A stretch of 60,402 nt of DNA from Chara braunii. Taxonomy: Eukaryota; Plantae; Charophyceae. Positions 36,020 through 48,072 of this stretch are shown here, piece after piece. Location: the NCBI GenBank assembly GCA_003427395.1, contig BFEA01000046.1, positions 1,773,465-1,833,866 of the forward strand, read 5' to 3'. The position numbers and the translations under genes were made by a program. Each line of letters begins with the position of its first letter. The stretch's first letter is position 1. The notes below the pieces were generated by a model, which ran no database searches, was not told the origin of the DNA, and saw nothing but the letters and a program-made list of their open reading frames with translations.

Positions 36020-36300
36020 CAGGGGGCAAAATGCAAAGTTGACCTGGGCCGGCAGGGGTAAAACGAAAATTATTAGGGCAAGTACCAGGAGATTTTGCAA
36101 AGATTGATAACAGTACCCGGCAGGGGTATTTTGCACATAATGACCTTCCCCGGTAGGGGTATTTTCCAAAGATGGTGGTGCAACCCACGGCAGGGGCATT
36201 TAGCAAAAGATATTTTCTGTCAGAGGGGTATTCCACTATACGCACAGCTTTTAGGGGCATTTTGACATATATCTCAACATATAGGGGTATTTTGCAACTT
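36020..36300. repeat. Subterminal-type repeats (aggggYattttgca), probable end of a Mutator-like or other DNA transposon
   Basis: Motif recurs about 6 times; 36232-36278 resembles the reverse complement of 7967-8010. Confidence 0.45.
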
Positions 36301-37449
36301 TTTATGATATTTTTTACAAGAAAAGAAAAACAAGAAAAAGAACAAAAAAGATAGACCGTCGTTATAGCAAGAAAAGGAAAAAGATGGACTGTCGTAGGTA
36401 TGGATATGGTCAGACATAGTCCTTATCGAGGCCACACGGTGACCGACAAACGCCAATGTCGAACGGCGAAGGCCGCTACGGCTTGCTGTGATTCACCGGG
36501 TGTGCGGAGAGATAATCTCTGCGGAGTTCATTCTGAAGCCTGAAGCTGGGAGTGTAGGTGCGTGTGCGTGGGGATATCACCGCTGCGGAGTCCATCAGAA
36601 GCCTGAAGCTGGGGGAGTAGAGTAGGTGCTTGTGTCCCCTCTGCGGAGTCCGTCTGAAGCCCGATCCTGCTTGCTTCTGGTTATTATGTTCCAAAGGGCA
36701 CTGCGTGTGCGTGGTGCAGTGAGTTACTGTGGAGTCTTGGAGCTGGGAGAGCTGGTGCTTACTTCTGGTTGTCTTCCGAAGGCCACCGCAACCCGTGCGC
36801 AAGGAGTGGGTGTTTTCTTGCTCTTGTTGCGGCTTGCGGAGATTACAGCGCGCAAGAGACGTCGTCATCGGTCGCGGTACTGTGTAAGTAATCGAGCGGC
36901 GAACCACTGAGGACCTGGTCGTCTTATCTGTCCCGTGATTGGTGGATCCAAGTCGTTTGTCTCCACCCTACCTCCTTATTCCGGTGTTTCTACGTCGCTG
37001 TGGTTCCCCCCCGCTTCCCCATAATCTGGCTCTTGCGTCGTCTATTCCTACCAGTAGGTTGAATCGATCTGTCTGATGTCGTCTCGCCCTCGTTTCCATC
37101 TGATTCCATCCGGATTTGAACTCATGATCTGTTTGAGAGCAGTTCCCAACCCCAACATCAAACAGCATCTACGTGTGTACCATTCAGCCATATTTGCTGG
37201 GTTCTCGCCCTCGCTCTATTCTATCTCTATTGCATCTTTCTCGCCTTCTTGACCTTGCTGCGCTGCTTTCTCGATCTCGACTCGGGTTCTCTTCGTCTTT
37301 GTCTCCCTCGTCTCTTTTAATCTTTGTCCCGAGCTTCTTGATCGTTCTTCTTTGGAATTAGGGGTAGGATGCCGCGTGGTGGATGGGAATGGCGGAAGAC
37401 CAAGCTCAGTGGGGTGTAATGGTAATTGGACCTGAGGAGCGGGGTCGGC

Positions 37450-37465
37450 TGTGTGCGTGTGCGCG

Positions 37466-37503
<38 letters not shown>

Positions 37504-38196
37504 CGTGNNNNNNNNNNNNNNNNNNNNNNNNNNNNNNNNNNNNNNNNNNNNNNNNNNNNNNNNNNNNNNNNNNNNNNNNNNNNNNNNNNNNNNNNNNNNN
37601 NNNNNNNNNNNNNNNNNNNNNNNNNNNNNNNNNNNNNNNNNNNNNNNNNNNNNNNNNNNNNNNNNNNNNNNNNNNNNNNNNNNNNNNNNNNNNNNNNNNN
37701 NNNNNNNNNNNNNNNNNNNNNNNNNNNNNNNNNNNNNNNNNNNNNNNNNNNNNNNNNNNNNNNNNNNNNNNNNNNNNNNNNNNNNNNNNNNNNNNNNNNN
37801 NNNNNNNNNNNNNNNNNNNNNNNNNNNNNNNNNNNNNNNNNNNNNNNNNNNNNNNNNNNNNNNNNNNNNNNNNNNNNNNNNNNNNNNNNNNNNNNNNNNN
37901 NNNNNNNNNNNNNNNNNNNNNNNNNNNNNNNNNNNNNNNNNNNNNNNNNNNNNNNNNNNNNNNNNNNNNNNNNNNNNNNNNNNNNNNNNNNNNNNNNNNN
38001 NNNNNNNNNNNNNNNNNNNNNNNNNNNNNNNNNNNNNNNNNNNNNNNNNNNNNNNNNNNNNNNNNNNNNNNNNNNNNNNNNNNNNNNNNNNNNNNNNNNN
38101 NNNNNNNNNNNNNNNNNNNNNNNNNNNNNNNNNNNNNNNNNNNNNNNNNNNNNNNNNNNNNNNNNNNNNNNNNNNNNNNNNNNNNNNNNNNNNNNN

Positions 38197-38263
<67 letters not shown>
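37450..38263. repeat. (GT)n / gap / (GA)n
   Basis: Seen directly; N run at 37508-38196. Confidence 0.95.
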
Positions 38264-38270
<7 letters not shown>

Positions 38271-40130
38271 GGTTGCAATTTTGGGAAGATAGTGACGTGA
38301 AGAAATGTGGTCATGATGGTACATTGTTTGTTTGGGTTCAAGTACTGGTGGCAGAAATATCCATTATTCCCATTTATCTGATTTCGAAAACCGGATCGCT
38401 CGCTTGTCAGAAACTGTTTTCTCATGATCGCCCTTTGTTCTTACGTTGAACGTCAACCGAACATGAAACAAACAGCCACTGTCGTCCCCCTGAACCCGAC
38501 GCTTCCCAAACTCATCATAGCATTATCAGACTTTGATAAGATACAGATCATTATCATACATTTATGATGGGGTTGCGTTGTGTTCAGGAAAGTCGGTAGG
38601 TCACCTGCCGTCTAGGAATACGGGGAGACCTAATGAGGCCGTATCTGCGTTTGAAAGATAGCTCGTATACAGTCGCTATCAGGATGCGTTGTGTTCAGCG
38701 GAAGACGGTTGTGTGAGCACGACCGTAAATCATGTGGCTGTTGACGACCGCCGACGGAGGGAGTAGCCGTCCGCTCCTTTTTTTTTTCTTTTCGGGCCTC
38801 AAATTTTCATGGTAGTAGCTCTGCGACAGATCGACAACAGGCAATGAAGTAATTCTGTTTTTTATTTATTTATTTTTTTTATTTTTTTTTAGAGAGAGAG
38901 AGAGAGAGACCCTTCTATTCTCGGAGGTCACCAGTGCGGTTGCTTATCCCCGGCAAGCATAAGAAGAAATACAAGGATTGTGGACAAATAGAACAAGATT
39001 ATCCAAGGCCGCCAGCGGGCAATTCGTTCCTAGTTCTGGCCAGAAACACCGCGAACTTCAGATATTTGAGGTGACACCCTGTCTGTCCTTTCCCACCACA
39101 GGGTTTTTGGCTCCTACCTGTGAACTGAACAGGAAATAGGACCTCGCTCCGCTACACAGCACTCTACATGCATTTGAACGGTTTCTGGATTCTGTACATT
39201 GAAAATGTTGGACTCGTCCGAATGCACCTGGTCCAGAAAGCGTCCAAGTGCATGTAATGTTGTGAAGCGGAGCAAGGTCAATAAATTGTACTCTGTGTCG
39301 TCGAAGTTGCCGCCGGTCTGTCCTTTACAATTGGTTCTTACCTGTGAACCGAACAGGAAAACTAATTGCTCACTGCCATCAAGGTCGCCGAAGGTCTGTC
39401 CTTTCCCCTGCAGGATTTCGTGGCTACCTATGGCCAACTTCTGTTTTTCCGTCGCCGAGTTCTCCTTCCTCAGAAATAGAAGGTTGCGTCTCTTTAATTC
39501 GGCAGTGTTGTTTTTTTTTTTCCGTTTTTTTAAAAGAAGGTTGCATCTCTTCACTACGCAGTTTGTAGATGGCAGGTCGTTTTTCTTGTTGTTGTTTTTC
39601 TGATATGGGTTTACGTCCTTTTCTTTTTTGTTGTTGTTTTTCCTGATATGGGAAGGTCGAGGTGAATCGTCCTTCCCAAAATTGGAAGCTTACACCTCTC
39701 TCTTCTTGATGCGAGAGCGTTTTATGGTGATTGGCTTCTCTCCGCTATCGGGAAATTCGCGGTGACTACCGGCTTACCCCGAACACAACGTGCCCTGCTT
39801 ATGGATGTATACACAAGCTTTTCCCGGTCGGATACGGTCGCAATGAAGGTGCGTTGTGTTCGGGGAAAGACGGTGCCGTTCGTCCAGTCATCGGAGGCTG
39901 CTGTGATCGATTCCCTGGAGTTCCCTGATGTGAACGGCGGGACGGCTATATCGTACTTTTCCCTCTGGGCCTCGCTCCACTACTCACCAAATGTACATCC
40001 TGAGAATGAATCTTCCGCTAGGACATGGCAAGATACACCGCCATATTTTTTGTCTTTTGTGCATCTGGTGAGTAGTGAAGCGGAGGCCCTTTCTCTGCAA
40101 TGGTGAGGCGATTGTTGTGTCCCCTTGTTC

Positions 40131-40203
40131 TGGAAAATAGCTCAGTTGGTTAGAGTGCCTGTCTGTCACGCCCGAAGTCGCGGGTTCAAATCCCGTTTTT
40201 CGA
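40131..40203 (+). tRNA. trnD: tRNA-Asp(GTC) pseudogene, bacterial/mitochondrial type
   Basis: Acceptor tggaaaa/tttttcg; D arm GCTC-agttggtta-GAGT; loop CT-GTC-AC; T arm gcggg-TTCAAAT-cccgt. The anticodon stem has two mismatches. Confidence 0.75.
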
Positions 40204-40434
40204 ATAGCTATGCGATTAGTTCTTTCATCGCCTTCCTTTTAAGGTATGCATTTATGATGCATTGGTTGATGGTGCTTTACGATCCGTAGGCTTTTTGGCT
40301 GAGCTGACTAGTCGTTCTTGCAGAGATTGAATGTTGACACGAGTGGTTGCGTATTGTCTCCTCTCTGTGCACTGTCGCTGCGACTAGTGTTTCAAAGAAC
40401 TTGATTATTACTCGTCGACTATTCATTGATCATC

Positions 40435-40855
40435 CAATGATTATGCTTTCTTTATGCATTGATCACTCGTTTATCTTTTGATCATGCATTGATTATGTTT
40501 CGGTTACGTATTTGATTATATATTGATTATGCATTTGATTATGTATTGATTATGTATTGATTATGTATTGATTATGTATTGATTATGGGTTGGTTGATGG
40601 CACTTAATCCATGCGCTGTTTCAGTTACGNNNNNNNNNNNNNNNNNNNNNNNNNNNNNNTTATGTATTGATTATGGGTTGGTTGATGGCACAGTTACGTA
40701 TTGATTATATATTGATTATGCATTGGATTATGCATTGATTATGTATTGATTATGGGTTGGTTGATGGCACTTAATCCATGCGTTGAACGTTAAGGGGAGG
40801 CGTTCGCTTATTGGTTATTAGCTGATTATTCGTTGATTATGCATTGGTTATGCAT
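40435..40855. repeat. 11-bp minisatellite (ttgattatgYa)
   Basis: Many tandem and degenerate copies around a short gap. Confidence 0.9.
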
Positions 40856-40868
40856 TGCTAGGAAAGCA

Positions 40869-41125
40869 TCCACAAGTCCATCGCGAGAATCTAACCCGCG
40901 ACTTTCCACTTGGGAGGCAAAAAGTCATTCAAACGGCTAAGCGGACGGGGGTTAAAGTGAAGCCCCAAGATGAGTACGTCACCCTTAGTCAGCATGGATA
41001 TCTCCACAAGTCGATCACGAGAATCGAACCCGCGACCTTCCACTTGGGAGGCAAACACTCGTTCAAACGGCTAAGTGGACCGGGGTTAAAGTGACGCTCC
41101 CCCAAGATGAGCGCGTCACCTCTAC
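40869..41125 (-). repeat. Two tandem 134-bp units, each containing a tRNA-like cloverleaf (CCC loop); SINE-like
   Basis: On the minus strand, 40875-40946 and 41009-41080 have TAGCC.. A-box-like starts, a CT-CCC-AA loop, a gcggg-TTCGATT-ctcg T arm and a partial acceptor stem. Confidence 0.7.
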
Positions 41126-41967
41126 TCCGCACGGATTTCTCCGGACATTTCGGTTGAGCTTATCAGTCTTTGGCGACAGTGAACGTGGAGGTGAGGGGTC
41201 GCTTGTTGTCCGTGGTGGTGACGCGATTAGTTTGTTCTTTCTTTCAACGTTATTGACCGATTGTGTATTTCAGTGTGGTTGATGGATTTCGATGGGTCGG
41301 TTTTCTAATCCAGAGGTTTTGGTTGAGCTCATCAGTTCTTTTGCCGGGACAGAACGTTGATATGGGGGTCGGTTGAATGTCAAATTTGTCGAACGTTTCT
41401 CCAAGGTTCCTGGCCACGTTGAGCTGATTTTCTCCGCACTGGAGACGTGATAAGGGGCACGGACTTCTCGTCAGATTTTCCTGCGTGGTTGGTTTTTGCC
41501 GGGAACACGTGGATGTCTATTGTTTATTGAATGACCAGCTAGGGAGCGGACTTCTCATCTTGGGGTCGGTAATAGTTGTAATCGAGCTCGAGTATTTCTC
41601 AGTGACTGGAACAGTCTTCACCCGAGTAGAATTCACGGTCATTATGGCAGTGTTAAGCCACCAGTCCCAGTACACGGGCCCATCCTTGCAGAAAATGAAC
41701 TCGTCCCCACCACCGAATCTTTCGGAATCGGGAGCCCGTTGATAAATTTCATCAGCGGCCTTTTTTGCGGCGTTTCCGCCCTCCGAATCGTCGTGATGAG
41801 AGGCTCGCGGCCGATGTATATCCGTATACTGCCAGCTTTCACGTGTAGATACAGCCATTGGGCCTCCACAATGACCTTGCGTTCTATTGGGGGAGTTGGC
41901 ACGGAGCTGGGGATCGATCATCGTTGTGTTCTGTCTTCAGCTGAAGAGAGCGCATTGTCATTTGGGC

Positions 41968-42055
41968 CAGCTTCCAGTCTTGATACGGCCAATTTTCAGT
42001 CTTGATACAGCCAGCTTTCAGTCTTGATACAGCCAATTTTCAGTCTTGATGCAGC
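41968..42055. repeat. ~21-bp tandem repeat (ttcagtcttgatacagcca) x4
   Basis: Seen directly. Confidence 0.85.
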
Positions 42056-42569
42056 CTTAATGACCGTGCGTTCTCTTCGGATGAAGGCGGCAGTGTGGTT
42101 TCGTATTGGGCTATGGGTTGTTCCAGTGTTTCAGGTCGGTCGCTGGCTTTTCTCTGATCCGTAGGGGAAAGTTCTATTTTCCTTTTTGAAATAAAATTTC
42201 GGACCATTCCTCGAGTTATCCGTGTCAAAACTTTGCGCAGGTGCCATGCTAATCTTCAGTGTACCGTTCCAAAAAATCCGTTAAAATTGGAACGATAGTT
42301 GCCTTGAGAGCCGAGAGTGTAAATTGTCGAGATTGTTATGAATTTTCGGGCTGCAGAGTTGTCGATGATCATGTCTATAGCACTGGATGTCGTTGCGTCG
42401 CGCGTGTGATCAGGAGAGGAGTTCGAAGCAGGCTCGAGCTTTGGAAGTGTGAGCGAACTACAAATAACGGACGTGGCCCAGAGAGCAGGCCAGGTTCTTC
42501 CAACGTATGAGACAATCTAGCAAGCGATGCTTTGATGGGTCCGATGCCGACGCGGATGAAAAGACTGTC

Positions 42570-43060
42570 TTGGTAATCACCAACCGCTTGTACATGGCCG
42601 TCATCATTCTTCTTGTTGTTACTTCGATCGAGGTCTCCACGTTGCTCGTGCGCAGCGCTCTTCAGGAGTGTCGCTGCACTGGGCACTGCTGCTCGGCGAC
42701 TTAAGACTGCGTAATCACCAACCGCTTGTACATGGCCGTGATCATTCTTCTTCTTGTTACTTCCATCGAGGTCTCCACGTTCCACGTGCACAGCGCTCTA
42801 CAGGATTAATGCTGCATTGGGCACTGCTGCGCAGTGAGGTGTATGTAATCGATTAACGCAGTAATTTTCTCGTCGAACAACTTGGAGCTGGGAATGTGGT
42901 TGATGTGGGGTGATGACTCGTTTTTGTTACGAGATCATGGGCATGATCAATCTTGTTGTTATTACTCGATCGAGGTTTCCACGTTGCATGTGCACAGCGC
43001 TCTAATAGGAGTGCCGCTGCACGGGCCACTGCTGTTCAGTGAGTGTTTGTAGTCGATTAA
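42570..43060. repeat. Three degenerate ~100-140 bp repeats (atcgaggtYtccacgtt...cagcgctct)
   Basis: Core at ~42627, 42765 and 42969. Confidence 0.75.
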
Positions 43061-43818
43061 CGGAGGCGTTTTGTATTTTGCTGGTAGACCCAGGAAAAAA
43101 TAACACAGTGCATTGAAACTGAAGCTGGGTGTAGAACTGGGGAGAGGCGTCTGTGGTTGGCTGGTAGACCTAGGAGGAATAAAAGAAAACAACAGGAAAC
43201 TATTGCGAGCACTCTCTTTATCGTCTGGACTATTGGTGCTCTGTGCTTTGCTGGCAGGCCTAGGAAAAAGAAGAACAGGTCGGGGAAACTGGAGCTGCAT
43301 GTGGAACTGGGGGAGAGGCGTCGGTAGTGCTCTGAGCTAGCGCATGAAGGTGAACTCCAATGCGCAGTGAAAATGGTGGACCTTCTGAAAGCATCCGATC
43401 TTATAGGATGTGCGAAGAGTGCACTCAATCACACGTGCCAGCATAATCGAGGATGAAAGCAGCAAATGCTTATTTTCTTAGGGCAGGATGGGCTGTGGCT
43501 TTGATCCTTGTACGTGATCCTGTATGGTTCACTTTTTTTTTTTTTTTTTTTGGTTAAAGGCTTGCTTTATTTCCAAATATAGATAAACGAGGCCGGGAAA
43601 ACCTTGACAATCAACCCGGAGGAAAAACTGGGGCCATTACCCAGCTTAGGCTCAGCTGGAAACCGGGTCCAGCGTCCCCTAAAGCTAAACCTTCTTAAAC
43701 AAATATAAATATTCAACTGGACAACAAAATGAGGAAAGAAAACAAAGGAGTGAAAATTCTACTTCTCTTAATGAAATTGAGACGTTTCTCATCTTAGCAG
43801 CGGGAAACACTACCTTCT

Positions 43819-46800
43819 TCAGGACTGTTTCAACCACTCTGCTAACTGCATATTTCCTTCGGGACTGATCGAGGCCCCAAAGCCCTTGTGGGCCCAAGTC
43901 TTAGCGAACCACAAAAGGCCTTTGGACCGCCAATCAGAAATGATTGTGATTCGAAGCTCAGAGATAATTCTGTTCTGGATGTGCTTGAGGCAATGGTTAT
44001 CCCCTTTGAATAGTAGATCGTTCCTGCTCCACCAGATGGCTGACAGAATGATTCCTCTGCAGACATTGGCTATGTAGTTTGGGCCCTTTGTGATGGGTCC
44101 CATATTCTCCCATTTGCCTTGTAGGATGAATATGTCAGACCATTCCTCAGTTCGCATGCTCTGTTGTCTCCACCTCTCCCTCCACCATTCCCAGACTCTT
44201 GCGGAGAAAGGGCATTGGAGCCAAAGGTGAGAGTCCGATTCCCAGGCCCAGTTGCACCTGGTGCATTTGTCCGATATGTCCATTCCTTTGGACCTTAGCC
44301 ATACTGCCGAGGCTGTGACCTGTAGCGATTGGAGCCAGAGGATGGCTGGTGCTTTCTGTGAAGGAAGTTTCCTGATTGCTCTCCACAACTTGAACATGTC
44401 TGTCTCCTTGAGTTGCTGGCCATACTGGTTTTGGAGTCTCTTCCATGCTGTCAGAATCGGTTTTTTCTTTATCTTTGACCTCTGCATCCTGACTCGTACC
44501 CTTGGTTTGTAGCCTATGAGTGGCGTTGCACCTTTCTCCTTAATAGTATGGGGCGTCGAGACCGAGCCAGCCCAGCCAAACAGCAACGGATCTACGTTGA
44601 GTGATTCGGCGAGTGGTGGGAACAGTTTGCGAACTTGCTTTTTGTTGAGTTCTGATTCCCACACTCGAACTTCTTCCCAATCCTCAGATGCTAGGATTGA
44701 AGCTTCCTCACAAAATTTCAGACTTTTCTCCTTACTGAGCCCCCGTCGTATGGACCACTTTTGGGCTTTGGTCTCTTGGCTCGGGTCTGGGCTCTGGACT
44801 TTCCATATGATTCCCTGGTCCACTGGGTCTGCCAGCCAGGTACCTTGCGCCCATATGGACCCCGGGCGTAGTTTGGCTACCCAGTGGGGCGGGATGGCCT
44901 GTTTGACTTTGTCGAAGTTCAGTAGCACATTGTGTACTCTGGGAAGCCTGGCCCTGAGTTCTTGTTCAGCTATCCAATCACCTGCATCAGTGTCCCAGAC
45001 GTCCTTTATCTGGATGATCCGCTTTTCGATCCATGTTCTCCCGAAAGCACCCGGACTGGAGCCTGCACCCAGAGTAGAGCTCTTCTGGGTTTTTATCCAG
45101 GAGTTTTCGAATATCACTTGGTTCAAGATCTGGGTTTTTGAGATCGGTTCAGATATGGGACCTGGTCTGTTTTTATTCCAGGCTGCAAGAACATTCTTCC
45201 ACACTCTAGATTTGAGGTTTCTGTTGCAGAAGGACCCAATGAAAAAACAGAGCCAGACATGGGAGAGGGGTGGGAGAGGCCCCATTCCTCCATGAGGATG
45301 TATTCTGCAAAGGCTTTCCAGATTTTGATTTCCGGATCCGTCATGGGCAACGTAGGCCATTTAGCCAGTAGGGCGAGGTTTTGCTGAGCAGGGTCCAGGA
45401 TCCCCAGGCCTCCTTGGTCCCTTGGGAAACATACTGAATCCCAAGCCACTTTGCTGATGTATCCCTATGGGTCTGCGGCCGACGGTTTCCACAGGTACCT
45501 GGCCGCTATATACTTTATCCTGTGGTAGGCCTCATCACCTAACCTGTGAACTGTGAGCGGGAACCAGAGAATAGAGAAAGCCGCAGACGAGACCACCGGT
45601 GCCCTCCCAAAGAGGGACAGTTTAAAATTCCGAGCCCATCCCATAATTCTAGCGGTTACTTTCTCCACCAGAATAGCGTCCTGTGCCTCAGCGCAGTCTG
45701 TCAGTGCTATCTGAACCCCTAGGAACCTATCGGAGCTGTTTGATGGGATCTTCTTTAGGCCCCAGTCTACACAGATCACGAAGGGTTCCAGGAGGACGAA
45801 GACAGATTTCTCCCAATCGATTGAGGCTTCCGACAGGGAGCAATAATCATCCAGAACTTTTCTTAAGGCTCCAAGCGATGGGGTAGAGTTAGGGCATGCT
45901 ATTGTTAGATCATCCGCTAGTGCCCCCCCTTTCCAGTGAATTGAGTGCGGGATACTCAGGCCTCTAATTTCGTCATTTTTTCTAATGTTGTTTAGTAGGA
46001 CTTCCAGTTGAATGACGAAGAGAAGGGGGGCAAGGGGGCAACCTTGTCTCAGTGAGCGGGTGAGCGAAAATGAAGGGGAGGTTTGGCCATTCACCATTAC
46101 TACCGAAAAAACATTTGTGTACATGGCTTTGACCCATGTGCAAAACCCGGGGCCAAACCCCATCTTGGCCAAAGTGGTGAACATGAAAGCCCATCTTACT
46201 TTGTCGTAGGCTTTCTCCATGTCTAGTAGAACGATGGCCACGTCCAGATTTTTCTCTGCTAGGATTTCCAGGGCCTGCATAGCGGACAATATGTTGTCAA
46301 AAATTGTCAAAAATTGGGCGTCCTTTAATGAAGGCTCCTTGTTCCATCCCCACTGTGCTTGGAAGGACATCCGCTAGTCTAATGGCTAAGGCCTTCGCCA
46401 AAATTTTATACACCACATTTAGACTGAAATGGGCCTGTAGTTCCTCACTTCTTTCTCGTCTCCCTTTTTGTATAGGAGAGCGATGATTCCCTTGAGCCAC
46501 CCTTTAGGCAAGGATCTCGAACTAAGCGTGCTGTTGAATATCTGAGTAAGTAACGGGGCGAAAGCCTCCCAAGCACTAAGGAACAGTTCTACGGGTAGAC
46601 CATCGGCCCCTGGGCATTTACCTATGGCCATTTTCTTGGCAGCCTGGTGCAGTTCTACAGCTGAAAGTGGAGCATCCAGTCTATCCCTCGTGGAGTGAAT
46701 GATAGAGCCAGGGATGTCTACCCAAAAATCTGAAACCAAGCCGAGATCAGTTTCTGGTCTATCTTGTGGTCTCCTAGAGGAGACTATGTCCAAAAAGTAA

Positions 46801-48072
46801 TCCATAGCGTACTTGCACATGTCTTCCGTGTTTGACACTAGGGGTAGGTCTGGGTTGAAGGGGTGGGACAACTCACGTATTATAGGCTTGGTTTGGCGAA
46901 GGATGAGTAACCTAAAGGTGTCCTTGGTCATTTTATCATAGCCAACCAAGCCTCTGATCTTTAGCCATTGGAGCCAATCCTCTTGTTTTTTTATCTCTAT
47001 TGATTCTAGTAGGGTAACGCTCTCCATTCTTTTTTTTTACCAACAGAAATCAGAGAAAGGGTTTAACCCCATGTTACTTTCTGCTTCTTTTATAGCCCTG
47101 CGTGCACAGGTCTCCGCCCATGATCTGTTGGCGGCTTTCATCCTCGAGAAAACTTTTACCGCAACAGTTATTATTCCTATCCCTGTTTCCGCACACTTAT
47201 GTTCGTGGGGGAATAAGTCTTTAGCATTGGCCCATAATGTCATGTGGTTTTTGATCCAGGCCGGGATCCCTGGGTCCTTGAGAACATTGGTGTTCAATCT
47301 GAAGGGAGGACAAACTTTATCAAACTGTTCCTTTGCTAGAATTTCCATGCAGACCGGGTAGTGATTAGAAAGCGTTTGAAGGAGTATGTCACACCACGAA
47401 CATCTGTCCCAAGTGACACCTCTGGCTAGTATAAAGTTCAGCCTACGACTGGGCTGAATAGCAAAGGGAGCCGGTTTGGGACCGTACCATGTGTGGCCCG
47501 GGATTTTTGGGTTTAGGATTCTGAAAACATCCACGAGGCATTGGGCCTCCATAAATGCTGATAATATCCGGGCGTCCTGACGAATGAGAGTCGGCTGGGG
47601 TGAGTCTAGGCCTGGGTTGAGTGTAGTGTTCCAATCGCCCGCAATGATGAGGTTTTCTACATCTGGGAGGGCAGTCGGCAGGGAAGCGAAGAAATTAATT
47701 CTTTCAGCATACTCCACTGGGGCATAAACTGACATCACAGCCCAGTCTTCGTGCCCCACAGCCAGCTTCACCCAGATCCACCTACCATTGGGGTCTTTGT
47801 ATGTGTCCAAAACATCCACTTCTAGGTCCTTACGGAGTAGTATGGCCACCTCCCCTTTAGTGCCTTCGGCCGGGGCCCAGAACTGTGGGCCTGTCCACCA
47901 AGCCAATCGGTTAGATATTTTCCCTTAGTTTTGTTTCTTGAACACAAACAATATGTGGATTATCCTTACTAACCCATTATCTGAATCTGGGACGCTTAGT
48001 CAGGTTGGAGGTATCCCCCAACCCTCTTAGATTCCAGGATACCACTTTAATCTTGTTTGGCAGGACCATCAT
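43819..48072 (-). pseudogene. LINE ORF2 (AP endonuclease, RT, C-terminal zinc finger) with frameshifts
   Basis: KVVSWNLRGL, VCVQETK, SVYAP, IAGDWN, LSNHYP (APE); KCPGADG, NYRPIS, LDMEKAYD, RQGCPLAPLLF, LADDL, RFLG (RT); QGGLGI; CTRC..ESDSHLWLQC (zf-RVT). Confidence 0.93.

Noticed and set aside
41968-43060. Regular repeats as a CRISPR-like array (also 11515-11610, 28395-28810)
   Set aside because: Units are contiguous or degenerate without unique constant-length spacers; no cas genes; eukaryotic context.
44516-45295. 259-aa plus-strand ORF and other antisense ORFs over LINE, gypsy and PLE coding regions
   Set aside because: Shadow frames of TE coding sequence on the opposite strand.
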